A stretch of 64,000 nt of DNA from Candidatus Caldarchaeales archaeon (lineage in GTDB: Archaea; Thermoproteota; Nitrososphaeria_A; Caldarchaeales; Calditenuaceae), in the NCBI GenBank assembly GCA_039630085.1, contig JBCNVM010000005.1:14122-78121 (forward strand). Reading direction: 5' to 3'. The notes below the pieces were generated by a model, which saw nothing but the letters and a program-made list of their open reading frames with translations, did no database searches and was not told where the DNA came from. Made by a program: the position numbers and the translations under genes. The stretch's first letter is position 1; each line of letters starts with the position of its first letter. Below, one piece after another: positions 8,941 to 18,626 of this stretch.

Positions 8941-10190
8941 TGCCTCAGCTGCTTGACGTCCGGCGTTATCAGCGGTATCTCCCCGACCGTTGGGACGAGC
9001 TTCTCGACCTCCTTCAGGCCCGAGCCCGTGACCAGCACGACCGCTTCGTCGGACTCGTCGAGTTGGCCTTCGTCCCTCAATCTTATCGCGGCCGCGACAC
9101 CGACCGCGCCCGAGGGCTCCGCGAAGACGCCAGCCTTACTGGCGAGCAGCCTCACGGCCTCAAGGATCTCCTGGTCGCTTACCGCGACCGCTGTCCCTCC
9201 GGTCCTCCGGATTCCCTCCAACGCCGCGTCGCCGTCCCAAGGATACGGGTCCAGGAGCCCGGAGGCGATCGACTTGGGCGACCTCTCGGGTTCGACCTCG
9301 CTGAAGGAGAGCCCCCTCCTGACGGCCCTCACGAGGGGTTGGTTGCCCTCTGGCTGGACCGCGATCAGCCTCGGCATCTCGCCCTCCACGAGCCCGAGCT
9401 CGACGAGGTCCCTCACGCCCTTCCAGATCCCCGCGAGGAGGCAGCCCGAACCCGTCGGGACGATCACCGCGTCCGGGAACCTCCAGCCCAGCTGCTCCGC
9501 GACCTCGTAGAGGATGGTCTTGGGGCCCTCGACCTGATAGGGGTTGAAGGGTCCGAAGCTCGGGCAGGGGTACCAGCCGAACTCGTCGACCGCCATAAGC
9601 ATCGCCTGGACCGTCGGGTCCTTCCCCTCCTCGACCGCCCTGACCCTGAAAAGCCTCGCACCGTAGGAGAGCAGCTGCGCGGCCTTCCCCAGCGAGACGC
9701 TCTCGGGGACGAACGCGACGCACCTCAGCCCCAAGCTCGCGGCGTAGGCGGCGAGCGCGGATGCCGCGTTCCCGCTGGACGCGGTCACGACCGTCTCCAC
9801 CCCCCACTCGGCGGCCTTCGCGGCTCCCACGGCCATCGCCCTGTCCTTGAACGAGCCCGTCGGATTCCTGGTCTCGTCCTTCAGCCTCATCCTCCTCAGG
9901 CCGAGGTGGTCGTTGAGCCTCCTGGCGCAGAAGAGCGGTGTCAGGCCCTCGTCGAGGGGCGTGCCGAACTCCCTCGCGGCAGGGAGCAGCTCCCAGTACC
10001 TCCAGACCCCTCCGGTCCATGGCCTCTTTGAGACCGTCTCCCGTCTCAGGAACTCCTTCAGCTCCTCGTAGTCGTAGACGACGTCGAGCCTCCCCAGGTC
10101 CCTCGAGCCGCAGAGGACCGGCCTCTCGGCCGGCAGGTAGCTCCTCCCGCACTTGGAGCAGACCAGCTCGCTGACGAAGGACAAGCTCAT
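8925..10190 (-). CDS. thrC: threonine synthase
   Basis: N-terminal zinc-ribbon (CSKCGRSY…C) and the PLP site PTGSFKDR. ThrC-type length and motifs. Confidence 0.85.
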   Translation of the reverse strand: MSLSFVSELVCSKCGRSYLPAERPVLCGSRDLGRLDVVYDYEELKEFLRRETVSKRPWTGGVWRYWELLPAAREFGTPLDEGLTPLFCARRLNDHLGLRRMRLKDETRNPTGSFKDRAMAVGAAKAAEWGVETVVTASSGNAASALAAYAASLGLRCVAFVPESVSLGKAAQLLSYGARLFRVRAVEEGKDPTVQAMLMAVDEFGWYPCPSFGPFNPYQVEGPKTILYEVAEQLGWRFPDAVIVPTGSGCLLAGIWKGVRDLVELGLVEGEMPRLIAVQPEGNQPLVRAVRRGLSFSEVEPERSPKSIASGLLDPYPWDGDAALEGIRRTGGTAVAVSDQEILEAVRLLASKAGVFAEPSGAVGVAAAIRLRDEGQLDESDEAVVLVTGSGLKEVEKLVPTVGEIPLITPDVKQLRHYLGP

Positions 10191-11563
10191 GCACCTCCGC
10201 GCAGCGGCTCCACGGCCCTGTGCGGCCCCCCGCCGAGCCTCTCCCAGAGCCTCTCGACCGACCTGAGGACCTTCTCCTCCGCCTCCCTCTGGTCGACCCT
10301 CAGAAGCCTCCCGTCCCTTGCGACGACCTCGCCCCCGACCATCACGAGCCTTACGTCAGAGCCCCTCACGCCGTTGACGACGTAGGAGTACGGGTCTCCG
10401 GTCAGCGGCGCGGCCATTACCGTCGGCCTCACGACGATGAGGTCCGCGAGCTTCCCGGGCTTCAGGGACCCGAGGTCCCTCAGTCCGTAAGCCATAGCGG
10501 CCCTGACGGTCACCATCTCTAAGACCTCCTTCGCGGAGAGCGCGGTCGGGTCCCTCCTGTGGACCCTGTGGACCAAGAACGCGGCCCTGGCGTTCTCGAA
10601 GGCGTCGAAGACGTAGCCGTCGTTGCCGAGGCAGACGTTCACGCCCTCCCTGAGCATCTCGGGGACCGGTGAGACCCCGACCGCGTTCAGCATGTTGCTC
10701 ATCGGGTTGTGAGCCACGTTGGTTCCCGTCCTCGCGAGGACCGAGATCTCCTTAGGGGAGAGGTGAACGCAGTGGGCCAAGACGGCCTTCGGCGAGAGCA
10801 GCCCGAGCCCCTCGAGCCTCTCGACGGTCCTCACCCCGTACCTCTCGATGTTGTGGTAGACGTCGTTCGGCCCCTCGGAGACGTGGACCGTGATCGGGCA
10901 ATCGAACCGCTCCGAGAGCTCGACGGCCCTCCTGATCAGGTCGTCGGTGACCGTGAAGGACGCGTGGACGCTAACCATCCCCTTCGCCCTCCTCGAAGCG
11001 GAGCTCGAGAGGAACCGCTCGTTCTCCCTGAGCCCCCTCAGGCCCTCCTCGCCGCTCCTCCTCTCTGTGGCCTCGAAGGAGACCAGGCCCCTGATCCCGA
11101 CCTCGTCGACAGCCCTAGCTATCGCGTCGAGGGAGCCCTCTATCCCGTTGGGCGCCGAGTAAGTGTCGGCGAAGCAGGTGGTCCCGGTGAGGGCCATCTC
11201 CATGCACGCCGCGAGGGCCGTCGCGTAGGCCGCCTCGTTGTCGAGCCTCTCGTCCAGCGGCCACCAGACCCTCTGGAGGATCTGGAGGAAGTCGGAGGGC
11301 GGTTCGACCTTGAGGTTCGAGCCCCGCAGCGCGATCCCGTAGAGGTGGGTGTGGCCGCAGATCAGCCCGGGAAGCACGAAGCAGCCCCTCGCGTCGATGA
11401 CCTCGTCGGCCTTCGCCCCCCTCGTCACCTCCTCGACCTTTCCGACCGCGGCTATCCTCTCGTCCTCAACCAGTACGGCCCCTTCCCTGATCACCCCGAG
11501 ACCCTCGTCCATCGTGACGACCACGCCGCCCCTCACCAGCTTCCTCTCGTGCCCCATCTTCAC
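10187..11563 (-). CDS. ssnA: SsnA-like aminohydrolase (chlorohydrolase/MtaD-SsnA family amidohydrolase)
   Basis: Close motif-level match to E. coli SsnA (PGLICGHTHLYGIALRG vs PGIVCSHNHFYSGLSRG; DFLQILQRVWWPLDERLDNE vs DFISTLKNLWWRLDRALDEE). Metal ligands HxH…H…D are present. Confidence 0.8.
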   Translation of the reverse strand: MKMGHERKLVRGGVVVTMDEGLGVIREGAVLVEDERIAAVGKVEEVTRGAKADEVIDARGCFVLPGLICGHTHLYGIALRGSNLKVEPPSDFLQILQRVWWPLDERLDNEAAYATALAACMEMALTGTTCFADTYSAPNGIEGSLDAIARAVDEVGIRGLVSFEATERRSGEEGLRGLRENERFLSSSASRRAKGMVSVHASFTVTDDLIRRAVELSERFDCPITVHVSEGPNDVYHNIERYGVRTVERLEGLGLLSPKAVLAHCVHLSPKEISVLARTGTNVAHNPMSNMLNAVGVSPVPEMLREGVNVCLGNDGYVFDAFENARAAFLVHRVHRRDPTALSAKEVLEMVTVRAAMAYGLRDLGSLKPGKLADLIVVRPTVMAAPLTGDPYSYVVNGVRGSDVRLVMVGGEVVARDGRLLRVDQREAEEKVLRSVERLWERLGGGPHRAVEPLRGGA

Positions 11564-11566
11564 ACC

Positions 11567-12574
11567 TCAGAGCGCTGCGAGGGCCCTAACCGCGTACTCC
11601 ACGTCCCCGCTCAGCGGCAGGATGAGGGGCGCGGTGCAGCCGTGGGCCATGTACTCCTCGATCTTCCTCTTAACCTCCGAAGGCGTCCCCGATGCGGTGA
11701 TGAGCCTCACGACGTCGTCCGGCACGATCTCCATCGCCCTCTCGATCCCGCCCGGCTTCGCAGGCCAACCTCCCATCGCCCTCTGGACTTCCTCGATCAG
11801 GTCCTCGCTCACGCCGCTCGCCTTCATGATGTGGGGCTGCTGGCCGAGGGTCATCGTCACGTGCTTCTTCGCGAGCCTGATCGCGTGGTCGCCGTCCTCG
11901 TGGATCGAGCAGGCTATCAGCTGGGGCCTGTCGATCTCCTCGAGCCTCCTCCCGGCCTTCGCGGCCCCGGCCTTGATGTGCTCGATGGCTCTGTCGTTGT
12001 AGAGGGGCGAGACTAGGTAGTTGAGGAGGACGCCGTCAGCGATCTCGCCGGAGAGCTCCATCATCTTGAACCCGGTCGCGCCGATGTAGATAGGGATGTT
12101 CCTCGGGACAGGGCCCTTGCCGTGCAGGACGTCGAGCCTGACGCCCCTGAGCTTCACGAACTCGCCCTCGTAGGTCACCTCCTCCATCCTGAAGAGCCTC
12201 CTGATCGCCTCGACGTACTCCCTCATACACGTGAGGGGCTCTTTCCTCTCGATCCCGACCTTCCACGCGAGCGGGTCCCACCACGCCCCGAGCCCCAGCA
12301 GTATCCTGTCGTCGGCGAGCTCGTCCAGCGTCGCGAAGGTCTGCGCGATCAGGGCCGCGTTCCTGGTCCACGTGTTGATGACGCCCGCTCCCACCTTGAT
12401 CCTCCTAGTAACGGCGGCTATCGCGGTCATCGGGACGATCGCGTCCCTCGAGAGCCTGGACTCCGCGATCCAGACTGACTCGAACCCGTGCTCCTCCGCG
12501 ACCTGCGCGTACCTCATCATGTCCCTGACGTGCATGTCCTGGAGGTAAAGCCCGAGACGGGGTATCGAGCCCAC
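11567..12574 (-). CDS. F420-dependent luciferase-like oxidoreductase, Mer (methylene-H4MPT reductase)-like
   Basis: LLM fold. Strong similarity to Mer ([27 protein letters not shown]). Confidence 0.7.
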   Translation of the reverse strand: MGSIPRLGLYLQDMHVRDMMRYAQVAEEHGFESVWIAESRLSRDAIVPMTAIAAVTRRIKVGAGVINTWTRNAALIAQTFATLDELADDRILLGLGAWWDPLAWKVGIERKEPLTCMREYVEAIRRLFRMEEVTYEGEFVKLRGVRLDVLHGKGPVPRNIPIYIGATGFKMMELSGEIADGVLLNYLVSPLYNDRAIEHIKAGAAKAGRRLEEIDRPQLIACSIHEDGDHAIRLAKKHVTMTLGQQPHIMKASGVSEDLIEEVQRAMGGWPAKPGGIERAMEIVPDDVVRLITASGTPSEVKRKIEEYMAHGCTAPLILPLSGDVEYAVRALAAL

Positions 12575-12603
12575 GCGTTAAGTCCCTCGCCGCGAGTAAT
12601 AAG

Positions 12604-13155
12604 ATGGATACCGGTAAGGGCGAGTTAAGCTTTTCACGGTCCGGGAGCAGTGGGGATTCGGTGTGGGTCATAGCGGTCTTCGGGTTCAAGATGGCCGGTA
12701 AGACGAGGCTCGCCTCGATGATCGTCTCGGCGCTCAGGTCCATGGGGTACAGGGTCGCGGCCGTGAAGCACGTCCACCACGCCGACTTCACGATTGAAAG
12801 GGAGGGGTCCGACAGCTGGAGGCTCTACCAGTCCGGCGCCGACCCCGTCATCGTCTCCTCGCCGAGGGAGACAGCGGTGATCCATAGGTCCCTGTCTATC
12901 AGGGGGATTGAGGACCTGAAGGGGCTCGCCGGCGACGTCGACTTCGTCGTCGTCGAGGGGTTCCAGTCGGTGATGCCCCAGGACTCCGAGGGCGTCGTCA
13001 GGATTAGGGTGCTCAGCAGGGAGGGCGAGGAGGCGGGGCCCAGCGACATCCCGGTCTCCTTCGCGTCCAACCCTGCGGCGAGGTACGTCCTGCCCGACGA
13101 GTTCGGGGAGCTCCTGTCGGAGGTCCTGAGGGCGGTCCGCGGGGGCAGCCGGTGA
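12604..13155 (+). CDS. mobB: molybdopterin-guanine dinucleotide biosynthesis adapter protein MobB
   Basis: P-loop VIAVFGFKMAGKTRL and the KHxHH motif (AVKHVHHADF). The start is probably internal, near 12630. Confidence 0.75.
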   Translation: MDTGKGELSFSRSGSSGDSVWVIAVFGFKMAGKTRLASMIVSALRSMGYRVAAVKHVHHADFTIEREGSDSWRLYQSGADPVIVSSPRETAVIHRSLSIRGIEDLKGLAGDVDFVVVEGFQSVMPQDSEGVVRIRVLSREGEEAGPSDIPVSFASNPAARYVLPDEFGELLSEVLRAVRGGSR

Positions 13156-13162
13156 GGCCGCG

Positions 13163-14359
13163 TTGAAGTCACTGAGGCTCGTGACCCTCGAAGAGGCCAG
13201 AAGGGCCGCGGAGGCCGCGGGGTCCCGGAAGACCCTGGATCGGGTCGAGCTGCCGATAGAGGAGGCGGTGGGCCGTATAGTCGCGGAGCCGGTGTTCTCG
13301 AGCACAGACGTCCCGGGGGTCGACAGGGCGGCCCTTGACGGTTTCGCGACCAAGTTCGACTTCTTGGAGAGGAGGGAGGGTGACGGTGCCGTCAGGCTCA
13401 GGCTCTCGGAGGCTCCCGTTGACGGGCCTTGGGCGGTGAGCGTCTTCACCGGGCAGCCGACCCCTCCGGGCTCCGACGTCGTGATCAGGGCGGAACACGC
13501 GAGGCTCGAGGGCCAGACGCTGTACTTCAGGGGAACGGCCGAGAGGTGGGAGAACGTCGAGAGGAGGGGCTCGTTCTTCGGGGCCGGCGATCCGGTCGTC
13601 GAGCGCGGCGATGTCATCAGGCCTCCGCACGTCGCCGTCCTCTCGGAGCTCGGGGTGAGGAGGGTCTCGGTGTACAGGAGGCCGAGGTGCGCGGTGATCT
13701 CGATCGGCGGCGAGCTCCTCGGCGACTCGGGGAGGGCCATCCCGAACGACTACGCCCACGTCGTCGCTTCGTACCTCTCGCAGATGGGCTGCGGGATCAC
13801 CTCGATCGAGGCGGTCGGGGACGGAGTCGAGGAGGTGGCGGGCGCGGTGGAGGAGGCTGCGGGCAGAAACGACCTAGTCGTCACCGTCGGAAGGGCCTCC
13901 AGCGGCAGCAACGACGTCGTCCAGAGGGCCTACTCGGGCATGGAGGGCGCGGAGGTCCTCTTCCACGGCGTGAGGCTCCACCCCGGCAAGCCTACTGGTC
14001 TGGTGATGCTGGGGGAGAAGTGCTGGCTGATACTCCCCGCCTCTCTCACCGCCGCGATCGCCGGCCTCCACCTGATCGGGGTGCCATACCTGAGGTCCCT
14101 TATCGGCCTCAGGACGCCTCCGCCTGAGCTCACGGCCAGGCTGGACGGCGACGCGCCCGGAAGGCCGGGGGTCAGCAGCGTCTACTTCGTCTCCATCGGG
14201 CCCTCAGGAGACGGGGTCGGGGCGAAAGTTCTCCCGAAGGGCGTCAACAACCTCTACACCGCGTCCAAGGCGAACGGATTCCTCGTCGTCCCGCCCGGCG
14301 CCCACATGGCTTCCGGCGAGGCCGCGAGGCTGACCCTCCTCGGGAGGCTGACTTACTGA
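13163..14359 (+). CDS. moeA: molybdopterin molybdenumtransferase MoeA
   Basis: MoeA domain architecture including GSDVVIR, SGGVSVG-like TVGRASSGSNDVV, HGVRLHPGKP. Confidence 0.85.
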   Translation: MKSLRLVTLEEARRAAEAAGSRKTLDRVELPIEEAVGRIVAEPVFSSTDVPGVDRAALDGFATKFDFLERREGDGAVRLRLSEAPVDGPWAVSVFTGQPTPPGSDVVIRAEHARLEGQTLYFRGTAERWENVERRGSFFGAGDPVVERGDVIRPPHVAVLSELGVRRVSVYRRPRCAVISIGGELLGDSGRAIPNDYAHVVASYLSQMGCGITSIEAVGDGVEEVAGAVEEAAGRNDLVVTVGRASSGSNDVVQRAYSGMEGAEVLFHGVRLHPGKPTGLVMLGEKCWLILPASLTAAIAGLHLIGVPYLRSLIGLRTPPPELTARLDGDAPGRPGVSSVYFVSIGPSGDGVGAKVLPKGVNNLYTASKANGFLVVPPGAHMASGEAARLTLLGRLTY

Positions 14360-14401
14360 CCGCGTAAGGCTTATCCAGACCGAGGGGGTTGGTGCGGTGA
14401 G

Positions 14402-14632
14402 ATGCCCGTCCAAGCGTACGTCCTCATACGGACCAGGCCCGGTTACGCGAAGAGGGTCGCCCAGGAGCTCACGAAGGTCCAAGGATGCCGCGCGGTCTGC
14501 AGCGTCACGGGGAGGTACGACGTGATAGCCTTCGTCGAGGCGGCCGACCTGCAGGCGCTCGGGTCCCTGATCGTCGAGCGCGTCCACGCCGTCGAGGGGG
14601 TCGAGAGGACGGAGACCGCGGTCGTCGTTTGA
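14402..14632 (+). CDS. stand-alone Lrp/AsnC C-terminal (RAM/ACT-like) domain protein
   Basis: 76 aa with the βαββαβ signature (AYVLIRTRPG…VCSVTGRYDVIAFVEA…). Confidence 0.6.
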   Translation: MPVQAYVLIRTRPGYAKRVAQELTKVQGCRAVCSVTGRYDVIAFVEAADLQALGSLIVERVHAVEGVERTETAVVV

Positions 14633-14736
14633 CGGCTGGGCGTCAAGACGGCAGGGCACCATACATCACTCTTTTATTGTTGATCGGCTCTCACTATAAC
14701 GAGTTGACGGCCCCCCAGCAGGTCCCTCTGGTCGAG

Positions 14737-16245
14737 ATGAGGGGGATAACGAAGAGGTTCCCGGGAGGGGTCGTAGCCAACGACGGTGTCGACTTCACCC
14801 TTTACGCGGGGGAGGTCCACGCGCTGCTGGGCGAGAACGGCGCTGGCAAGACGACGCTGATGAACATACTCTACGGTCTCTACGGAAAGGACTCGGGCGA
14901 GATCCTGATCGAGGGCAAGAGGGTCAACGTGAGGTCGCCCAAGGACGCGATAAGGCACGGACTCGGGATGGTCCACCAGCAGTTCAAGCTGATCCCCAAG
15001 CACACGGTCCTCGAGAACGTCGTCCTGGGGCTGAAGGAGGCCGGGATCGTGCTGGACTACGGCAGGCTGAGGTCGATGCTATCGGAGCTGGTCGCGAGGT
15101 ACGGTTGGAACGTCAGCCCCGACGACTACGTCTGGCAGCTCACGGCCTCCCAGAAGCAGCAGGTCGAGATCCTCAAGATGCTCGTGAGGAGGGCGAAGGT
15201 CCTGATACTCGACGAGCCGACGTCGATCCTCACGCCGCAGGAGACAGCCCAGTTCTTCGAGAGCGTCAGGGCGATGGCGAACTCGGGGATGGGCGTCGTG
15301 CTAGTGACGCACAAGCTCGAGGAGGTGATGAGGGTGAGCGACAGGGTCACGGTGATGAGGAAGGGGAAGGTCGTCGCGGTCAGGAGGACCTGCGAGGTCT
15401 CCATGGGCGAGCTCGTCTCCCTGATGATAGGGAGGGAGGTGGGACTCTCCTACCCGCACGCGTCCCAGCCCTCGCAGGAGCAGGTCCTGGTGGTGGAGGA
15501 CCTCCACGTGAGGGACGACAGGGGCCACCTAGCGGTGAAGGGGGTCTCGTTCAGCGTCAGGAGGGGCGAGATCTTCGGGATCGCGGGAGTTGCGGGGAAC
15601 GGCCAGGACGAGCTCCTCGAGGCGATCTACGGCCTCAGGAGGGTCTCGAAGGGGAGGGTGCTCCTCGCGGGGAAGGACGCGACGAACAGGCACACGTACG
15701 ACCTGGTCCTCGAGGGCGTCTCGATGATCGTCCCGGAGCCCCAGAAGGGCGTCGGTCTGGGCCTGGAGGTCGCCGAGAACCTCCTGCTGAAGTGCTACAG
15801 GAGGCCTCCCTACTCGAGGACCGGAGTGCTGAACAGGGACCTGATGAGGAGGAGGGCCGAGGAGCTGATAAGGAGCCTCTCGATCGTGACGAGGTCCCCG
15901 ACCGCGAAGGCCCAGACGCTCTCCGGCGGCAACCTCCAGAGGTTGGTGATCGCGAGGGAGCTCTTCGCGTGTCCCGCCGGCGAGCTGCCGCAGCTCGTCC
16001 TCGCGGCTTATCCGACGAAGGGCCTCGACGTCGGTGCGACGGACTTCGTCAGGAGGCTCCTCCTCGACCTGAAGTCCAAGGGCGTCGCGATCGTCCTCCT
16101 CTCCGACGACCTCGAGGAGCTACTCGCGATGAGCGACAGGATAGGCGTGATGTACAAGGGCGAGATGGTCGGAATACTGGAGAGAGGTTCGGCGAGCCTG
16201 GAGCGGGTGGGCGTCATGATGCTGGGAGCCCGGGGCGCGGGTTAG
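14737..16245 (+). CDS. ABC transporter ATP-binding protein with tandem ATPase domains (sugar/nucleoside CUT2-type, RbsA/MglA-like)
   Basis: Two ABC cassettes (GENGAGKTTL…LTASQKQQVEILKML…LDEPTS; GVAGNGQDEL…LSGGNLQRLVIAREL). Real start is the ATG at 14737; the track ORF begins upstream in a shadow frame. No permease or SBP is adjacent. Confidence 0.8.
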   Translation: MRGITKRFPGGVVANDGVDFTLYAGEVHALLGENGAGKTTLMNILYGLYGKDSGEILIEGKRVNVRSPKDAIRHGLGMVHQQFKLIPKHTVLENVVLGLKEAGIVLDYGRLRSMLSELVARYGWNVSPDDYVWQLTASQKQQVEILKMLVRRAKVLILDEPTSILTPQETAQFFESVRAMANSGMGVVLVTHKLEEVMRVSDRVTVMRKGKVVAVRRTCEVSMGELVSLMIGREVGLSYPHASQPSQEQVLVVEDLHVRDDRGHLAVKGVSFSVRRGEIFGIAGVAGNGQDELLEAIYGLRRVSKGRVLLAGKDATNRHTYDLVLEGVSMIVPEPQKGVGLGLEVAENLLLKCYRRPPYSRTGVLNRDLMRRRAEELIRSLSIVTRSPTAKAQTLSGGNLQRLVIARELFACPAGELPQLVLAAYPTKGLDVGATDFVRRLLLDLKSKGVAIVLLSDDLEELLAMSDRIGVMYKGEMVGILERGSASLERVGVMMLGARGAG

Positions 16246-17294
16246 CCCATCACCATGCACATCACCGCCTTCTGGACGTGCAGCCTGTTCTCGGCCTGCT
16301 CGAAGTAGAGCGAGTACTCCGGCTTGTCGATCACGTCGTCCGTGACCTCTTGGCCCCTGTCGGCGGGGCCGCAGTGCATGTACCTCCCCCTCCTCGTCAG
16401 GTCCATCAGCTCCTGGGTGCAGATCCAGTCCTTGAACCTGTTCTGGTACTCCACCGCGCCCTCCTTGTCGACCCTGCCGTTGTAGGGCGGGAAGAAGCCC
16501 CTCGGCGACCAGGCCTTCGGGTAGACGAAGTCAGCGCCCTCGAAGGCCTCCTTCATGTCGTGGACGACCGTGAAGCTCCCGCCGTACCTGTCGGCGTTCT
16601 CCCTGCAGACCTTGATCACTCCATCCTCCAGCTCGAAGCCCTTCGGGTGGGCGAGGACCACGTCCATTCCGAACATCGTCCCTATCAGCACGCAGCTCTG
16701 TGGGACTGCGAGCGGCTTCAGTCCGCCCGAGTATGCGTAGGAGACGACGAACTTCTTCCCCCTCGGGTTCGGGGCGACGTCGGTGATGGCCATGATGTCC
16801 GCGAGGGCCTGGAACGGGTGATAGAGGTCGTCCTCCATGTTCAGCACCGGTATCGAGCTCCACCTCGCGAACTCCCTAACGACCCTGTGGCCCCTCCCGA
16901 TGTGCCACTTCGCGGCGTCGCCGTAGATCCTGATCGCGATCGCGTCGCCGTACCTGCTCAGCACCCTCGCGACATCGGCGATCGACTCGGTCTGATAGGG
17001 CACCATGTCCTCGGGGAGGGTCGGGGTGTAGACGTCCTGCGGGCTGAGGAAGTGCGCGTGGCCCCCGAGCTGAAATATGCCCGCCTCGAAGGAGTTCCTG
17101 GTCCTTAAGCTCCTGTTGTAGAAGAGCATGAATAGCGTCCTCCCAGGCAGGTAGGGCGTCGGAACCCGGGACCTGAACTTCTCCCTGAGGTCCCTCGCGG
17201 CCCTCAGTACCTCATCGATCTCCTCTTTCGTGAAGTCGTTCGTGTTCAGGAAGGACCTGCCCCTCATGGAGCCCACGTAGCCCGGAACGCCCAT
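16242..17294 (-). CDS. ygeW: YgeW-like (knotted) carbamoyltransferase
   Basis: Transcarbamylase motifs (NRSLRTR, HPFQALAD, HCGP) plus extended identity to E. coli YgeW (LKPLAVPQSCVLIGTMFGMDVVLAHPKGF…GGSFTVVHDMKEAFEGADFVYPKAWSP). Confidence 0.8.
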   Translation of the reverse strand: MGVPGYVGSMRGRSFLNTNDFTKEEIDEVLRAARDLREKFRSRVPTPYLPGRTLFMLFYNRSLRTRNSFEAGIFQLGGHAHFLSPQDVYTPTLPEDMVPYQTESIADVARVLSRYGDAIAIRIYGDAAKWHIGRGHRVVREFARWSSIPVLNMEDDLYHPFQALADIMAITDVAPNPRGKKFVVSYAYSGGLKPLAVPQSCVLIGTMFGMDVVLAHPKGFELEDGVIKVCRENADRYGGSFTVVHDMKEAFEGADFVYPKAWSPRGFFPPYNGRVDKEGAVEYQNRFKDWICTQELMDLTRRGRYMHCGPADRGQEVTDDVIDKPEYSLYFEQAENRLHVQKAVMCMVMG

Positions 17295-17380
17295 AGCGGC
17301 CCGAGTGGTGACCGCCCTCTGATAGAGGTTACCGGGGGCGGCGCGCGTCTCCCGCCGGGGTGAAGGGTTATTAGCGCTCG

Positions 17381-18055
17381 ATGGGGGGTAATTGCGTGGC
17401 TTTCATAGGACGCCAGAAGCTCGAGGACGTCAGAAGGGTCGTCCTGATGGCCTCCAAGGACCACACCAGGAAGTCGATCCAGATCCTGAGGGCTTTGGGG
17501 GCGATGGTGGAGGGGCTCGTCGAGGGGAGCGCAGATAAGGCCTTCCTCCAGCAGAAGTTCAACGAGATCCTCAAGCTCGACGAGGAGTGCAAGGCCCTGA
17601 GGACGGAGGCCGAGGAGAAGATCCTCGAGGCGGGGGCCCTGCTGGCCGAGAGGGGTGACTTCATCAGGCTGCTCGGCTGCCTGGACAAGGTCCCAGACAG
17701 GCTCGAGGGAGTCGCTTACAGGACCCTGAGCCTCGTGGAGCTCGGGAAGCCCGACGACGAGGCCCTCAGGATGGTCGTCGACCTCCTCGAGGAGGTTGGG
17801 GTCTGCCTCGAGTCGCTGAACAGGGCGATCACCGCCCTCGAGATGGACTCGACGCAGGGCTACCAGAGGCTCAAGGAGGTCATGGCGCACGAGAAGAGGA
17901 TCGACGACCTCTACAGGAAGACGGGGATCGAGATCCTGAGGAGGGGCCAGCTGACCGCGCACACGCTGCTGCTGAGGGAGATCGTGGACCTCCTCGAGTC
18001 GGTCTCGGACATCTCGGAGGAGGCGGCGGAGGTCCTCAGCATCCTCTACAGGTAG
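17381..18055 (+). CDS. DUF47/PhoU-like family protein (TIGR00153)
   Basis: Two PhoU-like helical repeats and the characteristic C-terminal motif (E…AHT). Not associated with a PiT transporter here. Confidence 0.6.
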   Translation: MGGNCVAFIGRQKLEDVRRVVLMASKDHTRKSIQILRALGAMVEGLVEGSADKAFLQQKFNEILKLDEECKALRTEAEEKILEAGALLAERGDFIRLLGCLDKVPDRLEGVAYRTLSLVELGKPDDEALRMVVDLLEEVGVCLESLNRAITALEMDSTQGYQRLKEVMAHEKRIDDLYRKTGIEILRRGQLTAHTLLLREIVDLLESVSDISEEAAEVLSILYR

Positions 18056-18060
18056 CGGGG

Positions 18061-18624
18061 ATGGCCGCGGAGGCGAGGCCTCCCTTCAGAGGCGACTACG
18101 TCGAGGGCAGCGTCGTGGTCTTCGACAGGGCTCAGGCGAGGGCCGTCTACTCTCTCGGGTACTTCGGCAAGCCGCTCGGTGTGCCCAAGCCCAAGGGCGC
18201 GGACTTCGACGAGCCCCTCGTGCTCGACCTGATAGAAGCCCGGTACCTGATCGAGGAGGGGTACCTGGAGGTCTACAGGGAGGGGAGGAGGATGACCGCC
18301 GAGGAGGTCGCGGAGGCCGGGAGGGCGAACTACTCAAAGTACGACGACCTCTACTCGGTCTACAGGGACCTGAGGAAAAGGGGATACTACGTCAGCACCG
18401 GCATCAAGTTCGGGAGCGACTTCGCGGTCTACGTTTACGGGCCGGGCATAGACCACGCGCCGTTCATCGTGCTGGTGAGGTCCGAGGACGAGCAGCTCTG
18501 GGCGACGGACATCGTCAGGGCCGGGAGGCTCTCGACGACGGTGAAGAAGAACTTCCTGATCGCGACCGTCGACCGGGAGCGGGGACACGTGAGGTACCTC
18601 TCGATATCATGGGCGAGGATGTGA
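18061..18624 (+). CDS. endA: tRNA-splicing endonuclease (catalytic subunit)
   Basis: Catalytic C-terminal domain motifs (YSVYRDLRKRGYYVSTGIKFGSDFAVY… H… K). Confidence 0.8.
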   Translation: MAAEARPPFRGDYVEGSVVVFDRAQARAVYSLGYFGKPLGVPKPKGADFDEPLVLDLIEARYLIEEGYLEVYREGRRMTAEEVAEAGRANYSKYDDLYSVYRDLRKRGYYVSTGIKFGSDFAVYVYGPGIDHAPFIVLVRSEDEQLWATDIVRAGRLSTTVKKNFLIATVDRERGHVRYLSISWARM

Positions 18625-18626
18625 GG

